Assembly: GCA_021741945.1 (NCBI GenBank)
Contig: JAIOWV010000001.1
Coordinates: 1 to 54,604 of the forward strand
DNA: 54,604 nucleotides
Direction: 5' to 3'
DNA from: Pontimonas sp.
GTDB lineage: Bacteria; Actinomycetota; Actinomycetes; Actinomycetales; Microbacteriaceae
Position 1 is the first letter of the stretch, and every line of letters begins with the position of its first letter. The notes under the pieces are model-generated. The model made no database searches. It saw nothing but the letters and a program-made list of their open reading frames with translations, and was not told the DNA's origin. Positions 34,402-45,178 of this stretch are shown piece after piece. The position numbers and the translations under genes were made by a program.

Positions 34402-36972
34402 ATGTCCGATTCAGGAACGACGCCCGGCAACCTAGCCAGAGCTCTTCTCGGCATCACGGGGTTTGGCGCTCTTGCGGGCCTCATGATTACCGCGATGATT
34501 GCTCCAACCCTTGCCGTTGCAAGCGTGGGAGCAAACAGCGCCATTGGCGTCTTTGACTCCCTCCCTGAATTTATTGAGGTGGGCGAACAAGCCCAGAAGA
34601 ACACCCTGTGGGCGTACAACACCAATGACCCCGCCGATGGCTATACCAAGATTGCCGAGGTCTACTTCCAGGACCGCGAAGAGGTCAGCCTGGAAGACAT
34701 GTCACCGCACCTCGTTAATGCGGCGATTGCTGGCGAAGACCGTCGTTTCTATGAGCACAGCGGCGTTGACGTCAACTCCGTCATTCGCGCGGCACTGGGC
34801 AACGTCATCTCGGGCGACATCGAAAGTGGCGCCTCTACCTTGACTATGCAGCTGGTGAAGAACGCGTACATTCAACGCTCGCAATTCTTGCCCACTGAGG
34901 AAGAACGCCAGGCCGCCTACCAGGCCGCCATTGAAACCAGCTTCCAACGCAAGCTCAATGAAATGAAACTTGCGATTGGTCTGGAGAAGCAGTTCTCCAA
35001 AGAAGAAATCCTTCAGGCCTATTTGAACATCACCGGATTTGGTGGCAACACCTATGGTGTCCAATCCGCTGCCCAGCGCTACTTCGGCACCTCTGCCGCC
35101 AACCTGAGTCCTGTTCAGGCAGCGAGCTTGATGGCCATCGTTCAGTACCCGAGCACCAGGAACCTGGGTGACCCAGGCAATTACGAGGACAACCAGGCCC
35201 GTCGCGACGTGATCTTGGGAAACATGTACCGCGAGGGCTATTTGAGCGAGGCCGAATACAACACCGCCATCGCAATTCCGGTCGACGCAAACTTCGTCAA
35301 GATTTCGCCACCAAGCGCTGGATGTATTGCAGCCAACGAGTACGCCAAGTATTTCTGTGACTACGTCGTTAAGAACGTGGAGAACTTTGCGCCCCTCGGA
35401 GCAACTCCTGAGGAGCGAATCAGCCGGTGGCGCATCGGCGGCCTCGATGTGTACACGACTCTGAACCTTTCCCTGCAAACCGTCGCCCAAGACCGTGTGT
35501 GGGAATTGGTGCCGAGCGACGAAGAGCGCTTTGACCTGGGGAGTGCTGCCACCAGCGTTGAGGTCACCACCGGTCGGGTCCTCGCGATGGCCCAGAACAA
35601 AATCTTCAACGATTCAGAGGACGGTGGTGGCCCAGGAGCCACAGCTGTCAACTTCTCCACCGACCGCCCCTACGGCGGGTCAAGTGGCTTCCAGGTCGGA
35701 TCGACCTACAAGATCTTCGCCCTGCTGGCTTGGCTGCAGCGCGGTTATGGACTGAGTGAAGTTGTCGACGCCTCCAGGTTGGAGCTCGACCAAGCCACCT
35801 TCCTTGACACCTGTGGTGATGGCGGTGGCCCTTGGTTTGGTCCTTGGCCGTTTAGAAACTCCGCCGACTTGATCATCCCCTCGGCCACCGTGTTTGAGGC
35901 GACCGTCCGCTCCATCAACTCCGCTTACGCCTCAATGGCCGAACAGCTTGATCAGTGTGAAATTAGAGCCGCAGCAGAGGCCTTGGGCGTTAATCGGGCG
36001 GATGGCGGTGTGCTCCAGACCAACCCGTCAGCTGTGCTTGGCACCAACGAAATTGCTCCCTTGACGATGGCCACTGCATTCGCCGCGATTGCCAACACGG
36101 GTGTCGTGTGTGAACCGATCGTGGTCGACCGCTTTGTGACTGCCGCCGGACAAGAGATCCCAGGCCAGCAGCCATCGTGCCGCCAGGGCATAACCCCTGA
36201 CGTTGCAGCGGCAGCAGCAGCACCGATGCGCTCGGTGATTACCGGTGGAACCGGAACACGGTCTAACCCAGGCGGTGACGTCCCCGTGATTGGCAAGACC
36301 GGAACCACCGACAGTCAGGTTCAAACCTGGATGGTGGGCTCCAGCACGAATGTTGCGACCTCGGTGTGGGTCGGCAACATTGTTGGTGACTATCGCTTGA
36401 GCAATTACCGCAACGGCACCGTGCTTCGTCACGACATTTGGCGCGTCATCATGCAGACCGCCAATGAACAATACGGCGGCGAAGCATTCCCCGCGCCCCC
36501 CACTCGCTTGCTCCAGGGAAGTGGAATCACCCTGCCCGACATCACAGGACTCACGACCGACGAAGCAACCATCCTGATGGAAAGCCTCGGGTTGAAGCTC
36601 GAGGTGACCACGGGCACGATCGGTGGACGGGTTGGTGCGTTTGAGCCGGCCGCTGGCACGCTGTTGGCCAGAGGAATGACGGTTCGCGTCGTCGCTGGTG
36701 GAGGCGACGGACAATCAACCGGCAACCTGGTGATGCCAAACCTGGCTGGGTTGAGCGTTGTGGCAGCAATCCAAGCGATGGACGCCGTCAACATGACGGG
36801 AGCGCGTGTGTTCACGTGTGTCGCGGGCAGCTCCGGTAGCGACCCGAACCAGGGGGTTGTCGCTGCGCACTCGCCTGGTGCCGGTGCTCAAGTCTGGAAC
36901 TACACAGGTGTTCAGATTCAAGTGAACTGCGGTGCTGAGCCGGCCCCCACCGACGACATCTTCCTGGACTAA
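34402..36972 (+). CDS. Class A penicillin-binding protein (PonA2-like) with PASTA domains
   Basis: EDRRFYEH, GASTLTMQ, RKLNE transglycosylase motifs; STYK, SIN, KTG transpeptidase motifs. Confidence 0.95.
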   Translation: MSDSGTTPGNLARALLGITGFGALAGLMITAMIAPTLAVASVGANSAIGVFDSLPEFIEVGEQAQKNTLWAYNTNDPADGYTKIAEVYFQDREEVSLEDMSPHLVNAAIAGEDRRFYEHSGVDVNSVIRAALGNVISGDIESGASTLTMQLVKNAYIQRSQFLPTEEERQAAYQAAIETSFQRKLNEMKLAIGLEKQFSKEEILQAYLNITGFGGNTYGVQSAAQRYFGTSAANLSPVQAASLMAIVQYPSTRNLGDPGNYEDNQARRDVILGNMYREGYLSEAEYNTAIAIPVDANFVKISPPSAGCIAANEYAKYFCDYVVKNVENFAPLGATPEERISRWRIGGLDVYTTLNLSLQTVAQDRVWELVPSDEERFDLGSAATSVEVTTGRVLAMAQNKIFNDSEDGGGPGATAVNFSTDRPYGGSSGFQVGSTYKIFALLAWLQRGYGLSEVVDASRLELDQATFLDTCGDGGGPWFGPWPFRNSADLIIPSATVFEATVRSINSAYASMAEQLDQCEIRAAAEALGVNRADGGVLQTNPSAVLGTNEIAPLTMATAFAAIANTGVVCEPIVVDRFVTAAGQEIPGQQPSCRQGITPDVAAAAAAPMRSVITGGTGTRSNPGGDVPVIGKTGTTDSQVQTWMVGSSTNVATSVWVGNIVGDYRLSNYRNGTVLRHDIWRVIMQTANEQYGGEAFPAPPTRLLQGSGITLPDITGLTTDEATILMESLGLKLEVTTGTIGGRVGAFEPAAGTLLARGMTVRVVAGGGDGQSTGNLVMPNLAGLSVVAAIQAMDAVNMTGARVFTCVAGSSGSDPNQGVVAAHSPGAGAQVWNYTGVQIQVNCGAEPAPTDDIFLD

Positions 36973-37922
36973 TGGCCCGCGGGTCAGGCCTTGCCTTCGC
37001 CGGTGCTCTAGCACTCGGTGTTGCAGCATGGGGAAACCTGGTGGAAAAGAACCGCTTCACCCTTCGCCATGATGTTGTGCCCATTCTTGATCCGGGTAGC
37101 GAGCCGATCACGATTCTCCACCTCAGCGACATCCACATGGCGCCGTGGAACTCCGCGGCCATTGCCTGGATTCGCGAGCTTGCGGCCACATCCCCGGACA
37201 TCGTTGTCGGAACCGGAGATTTCTTGGGCCACCCCGATGGCCTCTCAGCGCTGACTGAAGCGCTTCTCCCCCTGTCTGGAATTCCTGGCGTTGTGACCCA
37301 TGGTTCGAATGATCGCGTGGCGCCTAGGTTCAAGAACCCCTTCTCCTACCTGCTGGGTCCCTCCCAGGTGGGGCACGGGTCTGGATCGCCGATGGATTTC
37401 GATGGCTTGAAGAACCTCTATGCCCACACACTCGGGTGGGTCGATATTGACAATGGCGCCACTCGACTCGAGGTCAAAGGCCAGACCCTAGATTTCGTGG
37501 GCGTGGGCGACGCCCACTACGGCGAGGATGCCCTCGCCCAGTTACCGGGAATTGTGGACGACCTGCGGGAGTCTGTGGATGACCGGTCGTCCACAGACAG
37601 CTCGATCACCACGATCGGTGTGACCCACGCGCCCTATCGACGGGTGCTCGATGCGCTGGTCACCCACGGAGCGGAGCTCATCTTTGCCGGTCACACCCAT
37701 GGTGGCCAGGTCTGTCTACCCGGTGGCCGGGCACTCACGACGAACTCCGATCTCCCGACCGCTCAGGCCAGGGGCCTCAGCCACTGGCACCACGCCAGTC
37801 GCTCCAGCTACCTCAATGTTTCCGCTGGCCTTGGCACCAGCATCTATGCTCCGATTCGGCTTTTCTGCCCGCCAGAGGCCATTCTCATCACTTTGGTCCC
37901 GGAGGATATCGGGTACGCTTGA
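36972..37922 (+). CDS. Metallophosphoesterase
   Basis: SDIH, TGD, GSND, THAP, GHTHGGQ. Confidence 0.92.
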   Translation: MARGSGLAFAGALALGVAAWGNLVEKNRFTLRHDVVPILDPGSEPITILHLSDIHMAPWNSAAIAWIRELAATSPDIVVGTGDFLGHPDGLSALTEALLPLSGIPGVVTHGSNDRVAPRFKNPFSYLLGPSQVGHGSGSPMDFDGLKNLYAHTLGWVDIDNGATRLEVKGQTLDFVGVGDAHYGEDALAQLPGIVDDLRESVDDRSSTDSSITTIGVTHAPYRRVLDALVTHGAELIFAGHTHGGQVCLPGGRALTTNSDLPTAQARGLSHWHHASRSSYLNVSAGLGTSIYAPIRLFCPPEAILITLVPEDIGYA

Positions 37923-37949
37923 GGCCCTGCGGGTGGGAAACCACCAGTA

Positions 37950-38024
<75 letters not shown>

Positions 38025-38026
38025 AC

Positions 38027-38692
38027 TTAGCTAAAGTCTGAGTCCGGTCCTGAAACCTCAGGTACTTCGCCCACGGGCTGGTAACCACTGGCCAGACGGC
38101 CACCGCTCTCATCCAAATAACAGTCGCCACAGAGCGATTCATAAGTGACATCGACGCCATCGATGGCGACCTGGGCGCCATCGAAGATGAACTTGCCGTT
38201 CGCCTTCCGGGCGTTGAAAACCGCTTTCTTGCCACAGCGGCAGATGGTTTTGAGCTCTTCCAAGGAGTGGGCGATCTCCAGCAGGCGACGAGAGCCTGGG
38301 AACGCCACAGTCTGGAAGTCCGTTCTAATTCCATAGGCGAGAACGGGGATGCCCCGCCTCACCGCGATGATGAAGAGATCATCCACCTGCCGGGGTGAAA
38401 GGAACTGGGATTCGTCCACCAGCACGCAGGCGGGCGAGCCTTTACCCTCACGGGTAACCCGGTCGACCTCGTTGTCGATTAAAGTCACTACATCAGTCGC
38501 TGGACCGATAACCAAATCAACCTCTCTGGCGACACCCAAGCGGGAGACGATCGTTCGATCGCCCTTGGTGTCGATCATGGGTTTGGCAAGAATGACCCGC
38601 TGCCCGCGCTCTTCATAGTTGTGAGCCGCCTGCAAGAGCGACGTCGACTTACCCGAATTCATCGCTCCATAGCGGAAATACAACTTAGCCAC
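38027..38692 (-). CDS. tdk: Thymidine kinase
   Basis: [38 protein letters not shown]. Confidence 0.96.
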   Translation of the reverse strand: MAKLYFRYGAMNSGKSTSLLQAAHNYEERGQRVILAKPMIDTKGDRTIVSRLGVAREVDLVIGPATDVVTLIDNEVDRVTREGKGSPACVLVDESQFLSPRQVDDLFIIAVRRGIPVLAYGIRTDFQTVAFPGSRRLLEIAHSLEELKTICRCGKKAVFNARKANGKFIFDGAQVAIDGVDVTYESLCGDCYLDESGGRLASGYQPVGEVPEVSGPDSDFS

Positions 38693-39566
38693 CAGACACA
38701 CTCCTCAGCGCAGTATCGACAACATTACGAAGTAATAGGGCCCTCGTCATGGGGCCGACCCCTCCGGGGTTCGGTGACACATGCGAGGCCAGCTCCCAGA
38801 CACCTGGATCAACATCCCCCACGACTCGTGGGACACCATCAACCACTGTTCTGCTCACCCCGACGTCAAAGACCCAGGCGCCCGGCGCCACCATGTCTCT
38901 GGTGACGATTCCAGCAACCCCAGCTGCAGCAACGACGACATCGGCGCTGCGCACCAGTTCTTCGAGGTTGCGGGTCTTGGTGTGAGTCAGGGTGACCGTG
39001 GCATCGAGCCCACGCCTCGTGAGCAAGAGACCAATCGGTCGCCCGACTGTCACACCGCGGCCCAGCACCACCACGTGGGAGCCCGCCCACGGCAGTCCAT
39101 AGCGGTTGCCCAATTCCACAATCCCCTGCGGGGTGCAGGGCAGCGGTGAGGTGATGTCTCCGGTGACTTTGTTGACCAGCCGGCCCAGGTTGACCGGGTG
39201 AAGGCCATCCGCGTCCTTGATCGGATCAATGCGCTCCAAGACCGCATCAGTGTCAATGTGTGCGGGCAGTGGCAACTGGACGATGTAGCCGGTGACCTCT
39301 GGATCACTATTGAACTGGTCGATCGCGGCAAAAACGTCAGCTTGGCTGGCGGTTGCTGGCAAATCGATCCGGTGGGAGGCAATGCCCACCTCAGCGCAGT
39401 CATTGTGTTTACCCGAGACATACCACTGTGAGCCGGGGTCATCGCCCACCAAAATCGTTCCCAGGCCGGGCGTGATTCCTTGGTTCTTAAGCGAAGTGAC
39501 TACCTCTGCCAGCTCGGCCTTCATGGCCGCTGCTGTGGCAACCCCATCCAGACGTGTGGCAACCAC
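38685..39566 (-). CDS. folD: Methylenetetrahydrofolate dehydrogenase/cyclohydrolase
   Basis: [27 protein letters not shown]. Confidence 0.97.
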   Translation of the reverse strand: MVATRLDGVATAAAMKAELAEVVTSLKNQGITPGLGTILVGDDPGSQWYVSGKHNDCAEVGIASHRIDLPATASQADVFAAIDQFNSDPEVTGYIVQLPLPAHIDTDAVLERIDPIKDADGLHPVNLGRLVNKVTGDITSPLPCTPQGIVELGNRYGLPWAGSHVVVLGRGVTVGRPIGLLLTRRGLDATVTLTHTKTRNLEELVRSADVVVAAAGVAGIVTRDMVAPGAWVFDVGVSRTVVDGVPRVVGDVDPGVWELASHVSPNPGGVGPMTRALLLRNVVDTALRSVSGG

Positions 39567-39573
39567 GCTTCGC

Positions 39574-40851
39574 TTAACCGAGTTCTGGATAGAGCGGGAA
39601 GCTCGAGGTCAACGCGTGAACACGAGCCTGAAGGGCCGCAACGTCAGGTTCTGGCATCAGAGTGTGAGCAATGATGTCTGCGACCTCGGTGAACTCGGTG
39701 TCGCCAAATCCGCGGGTAGCAAGCGCCGGGGTTCCAATGCGAACACCGGAGGTGACCATCGGGGGACGTGGGTCGAAGGGCACCGCGTTGCGGTTGACCG
39801 TGATGCCCACGTGGTGAAGGAGGTCTTCTGCCTGTTGGCCATCAATGGGCGAATTGCGCAGATCCACAAGCGCCAGGTGGACATCAGTTCCCCCGGTCAG
39901 GACGTCAACGCCTGCAGCCTTCGAGTCATCCGCTGTGAGCCTGGAGGTCAGCAGCTGTGCACCCCGGATGGTGCGCTCCTGGCGCTCCTTGAATGCTGGC
40001 TCCATCGCGAGCTTGAAGGCGACCGCCTTCGCAGCAATCACGTGCATCAGGGGGCCACCCTGCTGCCCTGGGAACACCGCAGAGTTCAGTTTCTTCTCGA
40101 GGCTCTCGTCGCGGCTAAGGATGATTCCCGAGCGCGGCCCACCAAGGGTCTTGTGGACGGTCGTGGAAACAACATCTGCGTGAGGAATGGGGGACGGGTG
40201 CAAGCCGGCTGCGACTAAACCAGCAAAGTGAGCCATGTCGACCCAGAGGAACGCACCTACCTCATCAGCAATCGCGCGGAACGCGGCAAAATCTGTGTGA
40301 CGAGGATAGGCAGACCATCCTGCGATCAGAACCTTGGGCTTGTGCTCGAGCGCCGCGTCACGCACCCGGTCCATATCGATCAGGAAAGTGTTGGGGTCAA
40401 CGCCATAGGCAGTGGCGTTGTAGACCTTGCCAGAGAAGTTGAGTTTCATGCCGTGGGTCAGGTGACCACCGTGGGCAAGCTCGAGTCCGAGAATCGTGTC
40501 ACCCGGTTGGGCAAGAGCGTGCAAGACGGCCGCGCTGGCGCTGGCACCGGAGTGGGGCTGAACGTTGGCGTACGCGGCACCGAAGAGCTTCTTTGCCCGC
40601 TCAATGGCCAGGTTTTCGGCGATGTCGACAAATTCACAACCGCCGTAGTAGCGCTTACCGGGATAACCCTCGGCGTACTTGTTGGTCAGAACGCTGCCCT
40701 GGGCTTCCAGGACGGCGTGGGGGACAAAGTTCTCGCTGGCGATCATTTCCAGGGTGCCGCGCTGGCGACCTAGTTCCTTATCAAGAACGTCCTGGATCTC
40801 TGGGTCAAGCTCAGCGAGGGTCTGGCTGAAGGACTTGTCGATGGGGCTCAC
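39574..40851 (-). CDS. glyA: Serine hydroxymethyltransferase
   Basis: [32 protein letters not shown]. Confidence 0.98.
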   Translation of the reverse strand: MSPIDKSFSQTLAELDPEIQDVLDKELGRQRGTLEMIASENFVPHAVLEAQGSVLTNKYAEGYPGKRYYGGCEFVDIAENLAIERAKKLFGAAYANVQPHSGASASAAVLHALAQPGDTILGLELAHGGHLTHGMKLNFSGKVYNATAYGVDPNTFLIDMDRVRDAALEHKPKVLIAGWSAYPRHTDFAAFRAIADEVGAFLWVDMAHFAGLVAAGLHPSPIPHADVVSTTVHKTLGGPRSGIILSRDESLEKKLNSAVFPGQQGGPLMHVIAAKAVAFKLAMEPAFKERQERTIRGAQLLTSRLTADDSKAAGVDVLTGGTDVHLALVDLRNSPIDGQQAEDLLHHVGITVNRNAVPFDPRPPMVTSGVRIGTPALATRGFGDTEFTEVADIIAHTLMPEPDVAALQARVHALTSSFPLYPELG

Positions 40852-40887
40852 GGCATTCTCCCTTGTACACGGTGGATGTTATGTCGT

Positions 40888-40958
40888 GTCAGCCCAGGCG
40901 CACGGCCCACACACTACGCTCCCCGATGGTGACCCATCAATTACGCCAGTTGCGTGGT
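40888..40958 (-). ncRNA. ZMP/ZTP (pfl) riboswitch
   Basis: Minus strand ACGCAACTGGCG...GATGG-GTCA-CCATCGGGGAGCG...GCCGTGCGCCTGGG upstream of glyA; TAGACT -10 just before it. Confidence 0.88.
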
Positions 40959-41040
40959 AACAGTCTAAACCCCTCGAAACCCTGAAGCTGGGCCTTGGCC
41001 ACAGGATTGTCAGTCAGGACAGTATCCGCGCCGGAAATGA

Positions 41041-41070
41041 CATACCCCCGCGGTAATCCGCGGGGGTATG
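41041..41070. terminator. Perfect 13-bp hairpin downstream of the Cys-rich ORF
   Basis: CATACCCCCGCGG-TAAT-CCGCGGGGGTATG. Confidence 0.6.
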
Positions 41071-41084
41071 AACGCTTTGGCGGT

Positions 41085-41201
41085 CTAGCCGCACTGGCAG
41101 AGCTCAGCAGGAGCAAAGCCCGCCAATGCTTCGTCAATGTGCTCTCCACATCCGGTCCACGTCACTTTGCTGCAGCGGTTACAGCGCGCTGGGCTACACA
41201 C
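41085..41201 (-). CDS. Small Cys-rich protein (38 aa; not in the ORF track)
   Basis: MCSPARCNRCSKVTWTGCGEHIDEALAGFAPAELCQCG; strong AAAAGGAG RBS. Confidence 0.8.
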   Translation of the reverse strand: MCSPARCNRCSKVTWTGCGEHIDEALAGFAPAELCQCG

Positions 41202-41245
41202 GATTGTTCTCCTTTTGAGGCAACTGATGTTTCACCCACCACTAT

Positions 41246-41261
41246 ATACCCCAGGGGGTAT
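41246..41261. promoter_or_regulatory. CsoR/RcnR-family operator-like palindrome
   Basis: ATACCCC-AG-GGGGTAT adjoining a TATAGT -10 upstream of the Cys-rich ORF. Confidence 0.7.
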
Positions 41262-41269
41262 TTGTGCTA

Positions 41270-42484
41270 CTAGCCCAGGCGTGCCTTCAAGTTGTCATCT
41301 AGAGCCGCCAGGAAGTCCTCGGTGGTCAGCCACTTCTGGTCTTTGCCCACCAGCGCGGCCAAGTCCTTGGTCATCGCACCAGACTCGACGGTCTTGATAA
41401 CGACATCTTCGAGGGTCTCGGCGAAGTTGATCAGCGCCTGGTTACTATCAAGCTTCCCGCGGTGCATAAGGCCCCTGGTCCAGGCGAAGATCGACGCAAT
41501 CGGGTTGGTCGAGGTCGGCTTTCCGGCCTGGTGATCGCGGTAGTGGCGGGTCACGGTTCCGTGTGCCGCTTCTGCCTCAACAATTGCGCCATCGGGTGTG
41601 GTCAACACACTGGTCATCAGACCCAAGGATCCAAAGCCCTGTGCAACCGTGTCGCTCTGAACGTCACCGTCGTAGTTCTTCGTTGCCCAGACATAGCCAC
41701 CCTCCCACTTGAGTGCGGAGGCGACCATGTCGTCAATGAGGCGGTGCTCGTAGGTTAAGCCGGCCTTGTCGAAGGCATCCTTGAACTCGGCCTCGAAGAT
41801 CTCTTGGAAGATGTCCTTGAACCGACCGTCGTAGGCCTTCAGGATGGTGTTCTTGGTGGAGAGATAGACCGGATAGTTCCGGGCTAGCCCGTAGTTGAGC
41901 GAGGCCCTAGCGAAATCGCGAATCGACTCGTCGAGGTTATACATCGCCATCGCGACACCGCCGCCTGGAGCCTGGAAAACCTCAAAACTCTGGGCCTCAC
42001 TGCCATCGGTCGGTTGGAAGCTAATCGTCAGAGTTCCCGGGCGGTCAAAGACAAAGTCCGTAGCGCGGTACTGGTCACCAAAGGCGTGACGGCCGACAAT
42101 AATCGGCTTGTTCCAGCCAGGAACAAGCCGCGGGATGTTGGAAATGATGATGGGCTCACGGAAGATCACACCGCCCAAAATGTTCCGGATGGTTCCATTG
42201 GGGCTTCGCCACATTTTCTTGAGGCCAAACTCTTCAACACGCGCCTCGTCCGGGGTGATGGTTGCGCACTTGACGCCAACGCCGTGCTTCTTGATGGCAT
42301 TAGCGGCATCGATGGTGATTTGGTCGTCGGTCTCGTCGCGCTTTTCGATGCTGAGGTCGTAGTACTCGAGGGGCAGGTCGAGGTAGGGGTGAATGAGGCG
42401 GTCCTTAATGAACTGCCAGATGATGCGCGTCATTTCGTCGCCATCGAGTTCAACGACAACGCCCTCAACCTTGATTTTTTCCAC
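41270..42484 (-). CDS. icd: NADP-dependent isocitrate dehydrogenase
   Basis: [48 protein letters not shown]. Confidence 0.98.
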   Translation of the reverse strand: MEKIKVEGVVVELDGDEMTRIIWQFIKDRLIHPYLDLPLEYYDLSIEKRDETDDQITIDAANAIKKHGVGVKCATITPDEARVEEFGLKKMWRSPNGTIRNILGGVIFREPIIISNIPRLVPGWNKPIIVGRHAFGDQYRATDFVFDRPGTLTISFQPTDGSEAQSFEVFQAPGGGVAMAMYNLDESIRDFARASLNYGLARNYPVYLSTKNTILKAYDGRFKDIFQEIFEAEFKDAFDKAGLTYEHRLIDDMVASALKWEGGYVWATKNYDGDVQSDTVAQGFGSLGLMTSVLTTPDGAIVEAEAAHGTVTRHYRDHQAGKPTSTNPIASIFAWTRGLMHRGKLDSNQALINFAETLEDVVIKTVESGAMTKDLAALVGKDQKWLTTEDFLAALDDNLKARLG

Positions 42485-42549
42485 AGCTTCGTCCTTTCAA
42501 CGACGAGTCCAGCACAGCCACCGCCAGTGTAGGGCGAATGGCACCATAA

Positions 42550-42569
42550 GTATCTTTACATAAAGATAC
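42550..42569. promoter_or_regulatory. MarR-family (TamR-like) palindromic operator upstream of icd
   Basis: GTATCTTTA-CA-TAAAGATAC, a perfect 9-bp inverted repeat. Confidence 0.6.
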
Positions 42570-42606
42570 CTTTCCCATGTTCACTACAAGCGCCTATGGT
42601 GGATAA

Positions 42607-43062
42607 ATGGACGCCTTAATACTGGAAGAGCTTTCCGCCGACACAGCACAACAGGCCAACACGCTGGAACTACTGCCTGGCCAGGAACGTTTTGCTAACC
42701 CCGTGACCTACGAGCAGGCCGATACAACAATCGATGTCGCCAACACCTGGAGCCGCGTGATTCGCTCCGGTGACGAGGTTGTCGGTTTTGTGCGGGCATA
42801 TTTTGACCCTGACTACGCCACCGATGAGCTGCGCTGTTGCGTCTGGCGGGTAAGCGTTTCTGCTGTCGCTCAAGGCAAGCGAGTGGGCCGCTTCGCTATC
42901 GAGGCCGTAAAGCAAGAAGCACTCCGTAGAGGCTTCGACCAGCTGTCGGTGGTCTGGCAGGCAGATGATGAAGGGCCAGGGAACTTCTTCCGCAAGCTTG
43001 GCTTTATCGAGACCGGGCAGAGCGACTATGGCGATGTCATCGGGTCCCTGCCACTTCGTTAG
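42607..43062 (+). CDS. GNAT N-acetyltransferase (diamine acetyltransferase-like)
   Basis: [25 protein letters not shown]. Confidence 0.85.
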   Translation: MDALILEELSADTAQQANTLELLPGQERFANPVTYEQADTTIDVANTWSRVIRSGDEVVGFVRAYFDPDYATDELRCCVWRVSVSAVAQGKRVGRFAIEAVKQEALRRGFDQLSVVWQADDEGPGNFFRKLGFIETGQSDYGDVIGSLPLR

Positions 43063-44585
43063 TGGAAGAAGTGGCGCTCTCCGGTAAAGAACATGGCCAC
43101 ACCGGCATCCGCGGCGGCCTTGATTACCTCATCGTCTCGCATTGAACCACCGGGCTGAACAATTGCTCGAACGCCTGCCTCGATCAAGACCCCAGCGCCA
43201 TCGGCAAACGGAAAGAAAGCATCCGAAGCGGCAACACTTCCAGCGGCGCGGTCACCGGCACGCGTGACCGCCAAGTGACACGAATCAACCCGGTTGACTT
43301 GGCCCATCCCAATTCCCACGCTCGCCGTTCCCTGGGCCAACAAGATGGCGTTGGACTTGACCGCTCTAACCGCCTGCCACGCAAACTCCAGAGAGTCCAT
43401 CGTTGCTGGGTCCGGCTGCTCCCCTGCAACCAGGGTCCACGAAGTAGCCGGGGCGAAGTGGCGGTCAGCGTCCTGACGGAGGAATCCCCCAGAAATCTGA
43501 CGGATCTCGGTGGCTTCTGGAGCAAAACCTTCAGGAAGTTCGACAATCCGAACATTTGCCTTCTGGGCAAACACCTCCAGAGCTTCTGGACTGAAGCCAG
43601 GCGCCACGACAACTTCAGTAAAGATTTCGACAATCGAGCGCGCGGTGTCGGCATCGATCGGACGATTGGCCGCAATGACTCCGCCGAACGCTGATACCGG
43701 ATCGCACGCGTGGGCTTGCTGGTGAGCGGCCACCAGCGAGTCGGCACTGGCAATGCCGCAGGGATTCTGGTGCTTGATAATTGCGACCGTGGGAGCCTCA
43801 TGGTCATATGCAGCGCGGAGCGCCGCATCGGCATCCACGTAGTTGTTGTAGGACATCTCTTTGCCCTGAAGCACCGTCGCGGACGCCAAGCCCGGCTGGC
43901 CCAGCGTGTTGGCAAACACAGCTGCGCTTTGATGCGAGTTCTCGCCATAGCGCAGATCGCCAAGCTTCTGACCGTGGACGCTTGCGAAATCGCCCTCGCT
44001 CATCCACCCGGCAACCGCCGCGTCATAGCGGGCGGTGTGCCAGAAGGCATCACGGGCCAGGGCTTGACGTTGCTCGAGAGTGGTGCCCCCGCTAGCCAGC
44101 GCCTCGATGATGTCGGGATACGCAGCTGGGTCAACGACGATTGCAACATTGGCGTGGTTCTTCGCAGCCGCTCGAACCATGGCGGGACCGCCAATATCTA
44201 TCTGCTCAATGACATCCTCGCCCACCGCTCCGGAGGCGACGGTCTGCACGAAGGGGTAGAGGTTCACTACGACAAGCCCAAGTGCCGTGATGTCGAGTTC
44301 GTCCAGTGCCGCGATGTGGCTGTCTTTACGAAGATCGGCCAGAATTCCGCCGTGAATCTTTGGGTGAAGTGTCTTGACCCGGCCATCCAAAGACTCGGGG
44401 AACCCCGTCACCTCGCTCACATCGCGCGCTTGGATACCGGCATCGCGAAGATTTTGAGCGGTCGAACCAGTCGAGATGATCTCAATGCCGGCTTCGGAGA
44501 GGGCACGCCCCAGGTCTATGAGCCCGGTCTTGTCACTCACAGAGATCAAAGCGCGTCGCGGCATCGTCCTAGGGGCTTCGCTCAT
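43059..44585 (-). CDS. purH: AICAR transformylase/IMP cyclohydrolase
   Basis: [42 protein letters not shown]. Confidence 0.98.
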   Translation of the reverse strand: MSEAPRTMPRRALISVSDKTGLIDLGRALSEAGIEIISTGSTAQNLRDAGIQARDVSEVTGFPESLDGRVKTLHPKIHGGILADLRKDSHIAALDELDITALGLVVVNLYPFVQTVASGAVGEDVIEQIDIGGPAMVRAAAKNHANVAIVVDPAAYPDIIEALASGGTTLEQRQALARDAFWHTARYDAAVAGWMSEGDFASVHGQKLGDLRYGENSHQSAAVFANTLGQPGLASATVLQGKEMSYNNYVDADAALRAAYDHEAPTVAIIKHQNPCGIASADSLVAAHQQAHACDPVSAFGGVIAANRPIDADTARSIVEIFTEVVVAPGFSPEALEVFAQKANVRIVELPEGFAPEATEIRQISGGFLRQDADRHFAPATSWTLVAGEQPDPATMDSLEFAWQAVRAVKSNAILLAQGTASVGIGMGQVNRVDSCHLAVTRAGDRAAGSVAASDAFFPFADGAGVLIEAGVRAIVQPGGSMRDDEVIKAAADAGVAMFFTGERHFFH

Positions 44586-45178
44586 CGGGCCGAGTCACCT
44601 TCCTGATTGCTGACTACCTGCGCGAGCACGTCGAGCAACAACTCTCGCTCCACCACCTTAATGCGCTCGTGGAGCGACGCTTCCGTGTCACCCGGCTGAA
44701 TCGGCACCCGTCGTTGCGCGAGGACCGGTCCGCTGTCGACACCATCATCGACAACGATGACAGATGCTCCCGTTTCTTCCACGCCTGCAGCCAGAGCATC
44801 GGCAACACCGTGGGCGCCAGGAAACTCAGGTAAATATGCGGGGTGAGTGTTGAGAATCTTTGGGCTGAACCTGGAGACGAGTCCAGGGGGCAAGAGCTTC
44901 ATAAACCCGCTCAAAATAATCCAGTCCGGGGCGAAGGGAGCAATCGCGTCACCGAGGGCCTCCCCCCACGCGCCCCGATCGGGAAAGTCCCCCGGTGCTA
45001 CAACAAAAGTCGGGATTCCTCGGCGCCGCGCGTGCTCGAGTCCACTCGCGTCCTGATCGGAGCCAACACCAACCACCTTTGCTGGGATCTCGGAACCAGG
45101 CAACGAGGTCAACAGCGCATCAAGATTCGTGCCGCTTCCGGAGATCAGAACCACAAGCTTCGCCGTCGCCGCACTCAC
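44582..45178 (-). CDS. purN: Phosphoribosylglycinamide formyltransferase
   Basis: [27 protein letters not shown]. Confidence 0.96.
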   Translation of the reverse strand: MSAATAKLVVLISGSGTNLDALLTSLPGSEIPAKVVGVGSDQDASGLEHARRRGIPTFVVAPGDFPDRGAWGEALGDAIAPFAPDWIILSGFMKLLPPGLVSRFSPKILNTHPAYLPEFPGAHGVADALAAGVEETGASVIVVDDGVDSGPVLAQRRVPIQPGDTEASLHERIKVVERELLLDVLAQVVSNQEGDSAR

